DNA of 64,000 bases from the NCBI RefSeq assembly GCF_009914755.1, contig NC_060936.1; one strand, 5' to 3'. A program made the position numbers and the translations under genes. Shown one piece after another: positions 53,951 through 64,000 of this stretch (its first letter is position 1; the number at the start of each line of letters is the position of its first letter). Below the pieces are notes generated by a model that was not told the origin of the DNA, made no database searches, and saw only the letters and a program-made list of their open reading frames with translations. The DNA is from the human T2T-CHM13v2.0 reference genome, Homo sapiens.

Positions 53951-55334
53951 CCGAGAATACAGACTGCCTGACGTGCTTCAGAGCCTGCCACTCAGTCTTT
54001 CCCTGGTTCTTTTCAATTGCCACATGCCCCTTGGCAACACCAGGCCGTGTTCCCTGTGGTGGAAAAGCAAAGTTACAAATGGGAATCTGGACCTTCGCCA
54101 CGTGGAGAATAAACTCCTCTCCGCCGGAGGAGTCTAGACCGCACTCTTAAATCCACTCTTCTAATTACTGAGCACAGTCTGCATGCATGCCGTTATAGCT
54201 TCATTTCAGGGAGCGAAGTTTTTTCTTACCTATTTGATATCTGAGGATATGAGAAACCCTCGAAGGCATTGTCCACATACCTGGCTTGCCCTGCATGATC
54301 GTTGGCTCTTTCTTTCCTACTGGGCATAATAAATCTGCAGGATCGAGTGGATTCCTCCGGAGCAAGCTGACTGTTCCCAGACTCCTCATTAGCAGAAGAG
54401 ACCCTAAAACACGACCAAGTTTGCATTGACTGCAGATTTGGAGCTAATTCAGAGAACTCTGGAAACTCATTTTCCCACAGTCTGTCTGAAATTCATTTCC
54501 CCTGTTGAATGTCTCCAAAGGAAGGGTTTGTTTTCATTTTCTTCAGCTTGTCATTTTAAATGTATTCTTCTGGAACAGAGAAAAGGAACAATTTTCTTTC
54601 TGCTTGGGAAGAAGTAAAGAAATAATGTTTCCTGCTACATCCCCTGTCCCCCTCCGCAGCTCCCCATAACACATCTGGGTTGCCAGGCAGCCCAGCTCCC
54701 GTGAAACATTGGAGAGTGATTTTACTGTTGTGGGAAACATTTAAACATAGAATTGACTCCAGCTCTGTGAAAACAGAAAGGAACCAGAGGCTTTCTGACC
54801 CGAATTCTGCCTTCTTGCTTCCACGTTCTTTAGCCCATTTAAGTGTCGTCTTAGTTTTCGAGTTCTCCAAATCACAGCTTTGTCTGCTGTGAAAGATTTA
54901 ACACATGAATTAGTGGACCTGTGACATATAGTCCCTTTCTATCTAAAAATTTGTGTGGAGGAGAGGCAGGATAAGGTGGCAAGTGATGATTTCAGAAACA
55001 TGCTGGGTACTCCAGTATTCTGGGTACTAAGGCATCTTTAGAGTCCCGTCTGCTGGCACTTGTTTGTGGTCGTGTCGTTGCTCCAGGGTTCCTGAATATT
55101 GCAAACCTGCACCATTTATGTCTTGAAACTCCAGAAGTCATTAACTGAATTAAAATCTTGGATAGAAAGGAAAAAAACAGGCATCCCTATTTCAAAAGCA
55201 TTTTGATTGCATCGTGCTTGTTGAAAGTCTTTCCTGGAACCGCCTTGCTGTATCAGCTCCCATTTCCTGTGCTCCTAGAGAAGTGGGGTGTGTTTTTTTG
55301 TATTTATTAGTCCTTTTAGTTTCTACTTCCAAAG

Positions 55335-55336
<2 letters not shown>

Positions 55337-55392
<56 letters not shown>
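55337..55392. repeat. (GT)23(AT)5 compound microsatellite
   Basis: Directly visible. Confidence 0.97.
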
Positions 55393-56679
55393 TTAAGGAG
55401 GGTGGTGGCCTGGAAGTGGGGACATCCAGGAACACAAGAGGAGGATGCAGTGTAGATGGGATTGAGAGGGAGGGAAGAGGCAGGCTGTGGGTCTCAGGCT
55501 CAGCCTAGGACACTTCCCCCAGGGCTGGATCCTCCAGACTCCCCTTCCCCACTTTCCTCCAGGGTGAGATCCAAGCTCTCGATACTCCATCCAGCTACGT
55601 TAGGTGAATGCACATCCACCAGGACTTTCTTCCTCCATCACCTTCCCGTTAAGGCACTCGGCTGGAGAAGCCCGGCATCCTCACCCCCAGCTTGTGGCTC
55701 TCACTCAGATGAAAGCACTCCTCAGTACAATGTGCAGGAGACAGAGGCCATCTCTGATGTTCCTCGAAAATACCAGTGCCCATTGTCATTTTGCTCTGAT
55801 ATTGCAAGCACTGCGGACATGCTTTCTTGATGAAGGCTTCTTTCTGTTGAATTTTCCAGAGGGACCTTTAAAAGCAGAATTTGCTAGAACAAAATAAAGG
55901 AGTGCGCAGCCTTTTCAGCTGTGCTTACCCAGTGCTGCCAGGATGGGACCTGTCGGTCCCAAGAGCCAGAGTGCTGGCTCCTCCGGGGGCTGCTGCTTGG
56001 GCTATCCTATTGGGCTTCCAGACAATCCTATTTGTGTGGGGTTTGGCAGGTCATGCATTCCTGATACGCCATGCAATCCTCTCAACAACCCGTTCTACAG
56101 ATGAGGAAACCAAAGGCCTGAGAGAAGAGGAATGCATTTGTCAAGCTTATTTTGGTTGCTACTCTAACTGACTTAGACTTAAAAAGGAATTTTTTTTCCC
56201 TATAACTAAAACTTTTGGGAGTTTCAGGTACAAATGCATCAGGGCATGAATGATGTTCCTGGGACTCAGTCTCCCTCACTTATTTGTGCAACTCCATTCG
56301 CCCACATTGTTCTCCTTCTCCTGCTGGTTCTCTACATGGTCACCCCAAGGGTTCCCAGCTTCGACCCTGCTCAGAGTTTAAAGTAGGCCTCTTTTTTATA
56401 ATAGGTGCAATAAATGTCCTCAGATTGAGTTGTCTCAGCTTGGTATGAGTCATACACCCAACTGTCATCCATTTATTGTGGCCAGCAACTATCAACATAC
56501 CTATTTTCCAGGCTACCCTTAGAACTGGAAGTGGTAGATTAATCCCACCAAAAACATGCTGTCTGTAAGTGTAGACAGAGTGGTTTGGAAAAGAGAAAAT
56601 CGGGGTGCAGGTGCTGGAAGGAGAAGGGTTCATGTCACGTGCAGGAAGTAGCTGTAGATGCCCACACCTATGGCATAGA

Positions 56680-56885
56680 GGATGGCTGTAAATTCAGAGA
56701 TGGACAACTGAGTCCAAATCCTGCACCTACAGTTTTCTAGCTGTGCCACCAGGACGGGTTCCCCAGCCTTTCTGTGCTTCAGTTTCTACATAGAGATGAT
56801 AACAGTAACACCAGCTCAGGGTTATTGTGAGACTTCAGTAAGATAATTTTAACATATTTGCACATATTAAGCACTTAATATTAAC
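56680..56885 (+). mobile_element. MIR
   Basis: gtccaaatcctg...ctagctgtg...ctgtgcttcagtttc...gggttattgtgagac. Confidence 0.7.
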
Positions 56886-57076
56886 TCCATTTTCAATGCA
56901 TTATTATTTTTATTACATGTATTTTTCTGGACATTACACAGAGAGTCTATTGCAACTATGCTTGACTGAGTGCTGTGGATTGCAGCTGAAAGCATTCTAA
57001 TTGATGAACTCCCATCTCTGTAGCAGCATCTACCTTCTTTGGGAGGAGGGATGCCATTGCTTTCATTGAGGTAAGA

Positions 57077-57314
57077 CAGGTTTTTCAACAGGGGAAGAGT
57101 TTTACCTAAACTCACTTTCCCGGAGATATCTGCAATGTCTGGAGACATTTTTGGTTGTCAAAATTGGCGAGGGAGGTGCTACTGGCATCTAGTAAACAGA
57201 GATTAGAGATAGTGCTAGATATCCTACAATGTGCAAGACAGCCTCCCCACTAACCCCACAAAGAATATTCTAATCCCAAATGCCAGTCAACATGCAGCGA
57301 TGGAGAAACCCTGA
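57077..57314 (+). mobile_element. MER20
   Basis: gcaatgtctggagacatttttggttgtca...gtgctactggcatctagt...atcctacaatg...gagaaaccctg. Confidence 0.9.
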
Positions 57315-59493
57315 GATAAATAAATGGTTGATTGCCGTGTGGCTAGGTAGATGACCACAGCCATAGGTTATAACCAATTGCTTATCAGGCTGAAAAGCCA
57401 CCGTGCTTCTCTGTGGATCACGAATGTGCCCGGGAACATGGGCTGCTAAGAGCTCTCTGCTGGGAACCTGGCAGCCTTTCCTGACAATGCAAGGAGCTCT
57501 GTCTCTTTGAAATGCTCCTCCCAGATGTTGGCTGCAGGTCATGTGTTGACCAGCCATGGAAATCAAGGCCAATTTTCATGTTCACCAAGGAGCAAGGAGC
57601 TAACCTAGTTAGCCTATACTTTGTAATAAGTATATCTTAATATCCCTTCTGTTAGAAAACAAGAAGAACAGGGCTTTGATAACATCAGAGAGGGGTATTC
57701 AAAGATGGGGCTTACCTTGGATAACACACTGGCAGAAAGAGTGTCACACCTTCATTATGATGCATTTCACTAGTTCCTAATGACTACATCCCAAAACAGG
57801 GTGCCCAGGCATGGGACTGGCTCTTAAAAATGTGGGGCCACTGCTCCGTATCTCAGATGGGAGAGCTAAAGGGTGCAGCGGACAGACACAATTATGCCAT
57901 CCTGAGATGCACATTGGGGAGAGGAGGACCAGGCATGGCTGCACATCACGGTGGATGGGGGAAGGCACCATTTTTACCTCACTGGGCTGGTGGCTGCAGG
58001 GTGCTGGGGGCAGCTCGGCCTCCTTCTCAGTAACCCAGCGAGCTACAGAGTCTCCAGAGAGTTCAAGAGACTTTGACCCACAACATTCCTAGTAAGCCTG
58101 CAGTGGGCATTTAACCACCCACCAGCCTACCTTATTTTGATGTAATTGATTTTTCACCCCACTTCGCTTCGTATGACACAGTGGTTCTTGCCAAGCTTCC
58201 AGCCATAGGGCAAGCAAGTTCTATTGATGTCCCTATGGCATTGGATACCATAGCACAAATGACGGATGGGAGGGTGAAACTGTTGTTCTAGAAAATTAAA
58301 TGCAGACCAGGCCTGAATAATCCCTGAGCAGACAAAACCAGTTAGGCCTCTTACGTGACCTTAACCTTGCTTGATTTGCAAACATAATGAGAACTTAACT
58401 GGAACCATTTCTTGTAAATGCATATATTAAAGAAAAAATAGAACTTAAGCTCAATCAATCAGAAGCAGCCAACAAACTTATAATTATACAGGCATATGTT
58501 GTTTGGTTGTGCTTCAGTTTACTGCATTTCACGGATAATGTGTTGTTTAAAAGCTGAAGGTTTGTGGTAACCCTGCATTGAGCAAGTCTACCAGCACTAT
58601 TTTTCCAACAGCACGTGCTCACTTCCTGTCTCCATGTCACATTTTGACAATTCTTGGAATATTTCAAACATTATTATTATTATATGTGTTATGGAGATCT
58701 GTGATAGGTGATCTGTGATGTTACTATTGTATTGTTTTGGGGCACCATGAACTGTGCCCATATAAGATGACAAATTTAATAAATGTTGTGTGTGTTTTGA
58801 CTGCTCCACTGACTGGCCACTGTTGCATCCCTCTCCCTCTCCTTAGGCCTCCCTATTCCCTAAGATGTAACAATATTGAAATTAGGCTAATGAATAACCC
58901 TACACGGGCCTCTAAGTGTTTCAGTGAAAGGAAGGGTCCCACATCTTTCACTTTCAGTCAAAAGCTAGAAATGATGAAGCTTCATGAGGAAGGCATGTGG
59001 AAAGTGGGGAGGCCAAAGGCTAGGCCTCTTATGCCAGTTACCCAAGTTGTGAACGCAAAGGAAAGTTCTGGAAGGAAATGAAACGTGCGACTCCAGTGAA
59101 CACAGAAGTGATACGAAGGCAAAACAGCCCTCTGGCTGATATGGAGAAAGTTTTAGGGGTCTGGATGGAAAATCAAACCATCCACAACTTTTCTTTAAGC
59201 CAAAGCCTAATCCAGAGCATGGCTCTAGTTCTGTGAAAAAGAATTCTGTGAAGGCTGAGGGAGGTGAGGAAGCTGCAGAAGAAAAGTTTGAAGCTTACAG
59301 AGGTTGGTTCTTGAGGCTAATGGAAAGAAATCATCTCCATAACATAAAAGTGCAAGGTGAGGCAGCAAGTGCTGATGAAGAAGCTGCAGCAATTGATCCA
59401 GAAGATCTAGCTAAGATCGTCGATGAGGTGGCTGCACTAAACAGCAGATCTTCAGTGCAGGTGAAATAGCTTCCTCTTGGATCTCTTGGATGA

Positions 59494-59796
<303 letters not shown>

Positions 59797-60962
59797 TAGC
59801 ACTTTAGTAGCTAGAAGGGAGAAGACAATGCCTGGCTTTAAAGCTTCAAAGAGCAGGCTAACTCTCTCCTTAGGAGCTAATGCAGCTGGTGACTTTCAGT
59901 TGCTCATTTATCAACCCCTAAATCCCAGGACCCTTAAGAATTATGCTAAATCTGCTCTGTCTGTGTCTATAAATGGAACCACAAAGCCTGTAACAGCACA
60001 TTTGTTTATAGGACGGCTTACTAAATATTTTAGGCCCACTGTTGAGACCCAGCGCTCAGAAAAACTATTCTTCTCAAAATATGACTGCTCACTGACAATG
60101 CACTTAATCACCCAAGAGTTCTGATGGATATGTGCAAGGGGATGAATGCTGTTTACATACCTGCTAACGTAACATCCATTGCTAACACAACATCCATTGC
60201 TAACACAACATCTGTTCCACAGCCCGTGGATCAAGGAGTCATTTTGACTTTTGAGTCTTATTATTTAAGAAAGACACTTTGTATGGCTGTAGCTGCCATA
60301 GATAGTAATTCCCCTGAGGAATCTAAGCAAAGTAAATGGAAAACCTTCTGGAAAGGATTCACCATTCTAGATTCCATTAAGAACATTTGTGATTCATGGG
60401 AGGAAGTCAAATATCAATATTAACAGGGTTTTAGAAGACGTTTGTCCCAGCATCTTGGATGGCTTTGAGGGGTTCAAGAATTCACTAGAGGAAGTACCTC
60501 CAGATGTGGTAGAAATAGCAAAAGAATTAGATATCAGAAGTGGAGCCTGAAGATGTGACTGAATTGCTGCAATCTCATGATAAAATTTGGAAAATGAAGA
60601 ATGACTTCTTGCAGATGAGCAAAGAAAGTGTTTTCTGAGATAGAATCTACTCCTGGTGAAGATACTGGAACATTGTCAAAATGACAATAAAAGATTTGTA
60701 ATAGTACATAAACTTAGTTAAAACAGCAGGAGGTTTTGAGAGGGTTAACTCCAATTATGAAAGAAGTTCTGCTATGAGTAAAATGCTATCAAACAGCATC
60801 GCGTACTACAGAGAAGTGATTCATGAAAGGAAGAGTCAATGGATTCAGCAAGCCTCATTGTTGTCTTATTTTAAGACACTGCTACAGCCACCCCAGCCTT
60901 CAGCAACCACCACCCTGATCAGTCAGCAGCCATCAATATTGAGGCAAGACCCTCCACCAGCC

Positions 60963-60968
60963 AAAAAA

Positions 60969-61003
<35 letters not shown>

Positions 61004-61005
61004 AA
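60963..61005. repeat. (TAAA)n microsatellite inside Tigger1
   Basis: Directly visible. Confidence 0.95.
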
Positions 61006-62264
61006 TTGTGACTTGTTAAAAGCTCAGTTGATCATTAGCATTTTTAGCAATAAAACATTTTTAAATTATGTACATTATTTTTAGACACCATGCTGTTGCA
61101 CACTTAATAGCCTACAGTAAGGATAAACATAGCTTTTATATGCACTGGGAAACAAAAAAAAAATGTTTGACTCACTTTATTGTGATATTCACTTTATTTC
61201 ACTGGTCTAGAACCAAATTTGCAGTATCACTGAGGTGTGTGTATATAATTAGGGACTTTCCAGTGGAACAGAACAAAAAGACGACTGTGTAACTAACCAA
61301 TCCAATATTTTCTTTGCTTTACTTCTGTGTCTTTCTTGTGAAAGCTTTCCCCTTCTGCTCCCTCCATAAGCTCTGAACTGCTTCTGGCTTGATGCTGCCC
61401 AATTCATGAATTATTTGCTTAAATAAACTTTAAGAAAAAAATTATCCTGCCTCAGTTTACCTTTTAACACCCTTGACTTTGGAACTGGGCAAAAATTTGG
61501 GAAACTGTCATCAGGATTTTTCTTATTGCAAAAAATTAGATAAGTTTTCCTAAACTGGAGGTAAAATGAAAAAGAGTGTCAGACGGGACTTGGGAAAACT
61601 TAAGTGTTGATAGGACCCTCAGAGGATCCTCAGGCTCTGAGGATCTGAGAAACCCCCTGGGAAATTTGGAAAATCAGAAAGGAAGGCAATGGATTTTATT
61701 TTTCTCTGTCTTTGGATAAAACACAGGGAGCAAGCAAGATCTCAGAGTCCTCCTGTGCCTAGCATGGAAGGACAGTAGTGGGAATGGCAGTGAGATGCCT
61801 AGGCAAAAGGGCCATAGCCCCCACACAATCCCCTATGTTTCCTGTGCAGTACAAAAGACAGAGATGGAACTAAGAGAAAATTCTGGCTTTGTTATCAGAA
61901 AAAGAAGGCGTCAGTGGGCTGCCTTGAAGGAGCTCCATTGATTTGGGAATATTCTTTTAGGATGTATGTTCCTGGATAGCAACACGGGCAGCAAGCCGAT
62001 GCCAGTGTGACTCCATCCACAAGAGCTGGATGCCACCACTCGCCTCCAGCCTTCAAAGAATGTGGCTGCTCTCCTAGGGTGGGAGATCATCAGCTAGAAT
62101 GAACTAAAATGCCTTCAGCTGCAGCTAACAATGCTTAACCAACAGTAGCTCAAACTAGTGGTTCTCAAAGTTGAGTGAGTACCAGAAACACCTGTTGAAA
62201 CAAACATTGCTGGACCTCACTCTTAGAGTTTCTGATTCAGTGTATGTGGAAACCCAGATAATTT

Positions 62265-62882
<618 letters not shown>

Positions 62883-62914
62883 CATATAATTTATATTTCT
62901 AATGAGTTCCTAGG

Positions 62915-63237
62915 TATTATGGGTTGAATTGTGTCTCTCAAAATTCATATATTGAAGTCCTAACCTCCAGCCCCTCCGAATGTGACTTCATTTGGTATAG
63001 AGTCATTGCAGATGTCATTAGTTAAGAAGAGATCAAAATGACTTTTAGAAGATGAAGGCAGAGATTGGTAATGTCACAGGTTAACAGCAAACTACCAGAA
63101 GTCCTAAGAAGGAACCAACTTTGCCAATACCTTCATCTTGGACCTCTGCCATCCAGAACTGTCAAACAATACATGTCCATTGTTTAAACCACCCAGTGAG
63201 TGGTACTCTGTGACGGCAGCCCTAAGAAACTAGTGCA
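62915..63237 (+). mobile_element. MLT1A solo LTR
   Basis: tattatgggttgaattgtgtc...aaattcatatattgaagtcctaacc...tgtttaaaccacccag...aaactagtgca; TSD c(t/c)agg. Confidence 0.88.
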
Positions 63238-63279
63238 CCAGGTGCTGCTGTTGTTGCCAGTCCGGTGACCCAACATTAA

Positions 63280-64000
<721 letters not shown>

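Overview
This is primate (almost certainly human) genomic DNA from inside the TMEM132C gene on the + strand. The only protein-coding sequence I can support is one 889-nt internal exon (42683-43571; exon 2, with a canonical AG acceptor after a long polypyrimidine tract and a GT donor) encoding the N-terminal extracellular part of TMEM132C. Everything else is intron 1 (1-42682) and intron 2 (43572-64000). The introns are dense with interspersed repeats: about 16 Alu/FLAM copies, L1 and L2 fragments, MIRs, MaLR solo LTRs (THE1, MLT1), hAT and Tigger DNA transposons (five MER20s, MER82, MER47, MER30, MER58, MER5A, a full-length decayed Tigger1) and a U13/SNORD13 snoRNA retrocopy. The other ORFs in the track are repeat-derived or chance. 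I found no evidence of a new multi-gene system. The best leads are small: a MIR-derived 55-bp minisatellite, a 192-bp tandem duplication whose identical tail carries a TGACGTGG motif, a rearranged U13 retrocopy, an L1-derived fold-back hairpin, an old 5'-inverted L1, a MER20 cluster and a plausible exon-2 circRNA. Repeat subfamily names come from my recall of consensus sequences, not from a database run, and boundaries of old repeats are approximate.
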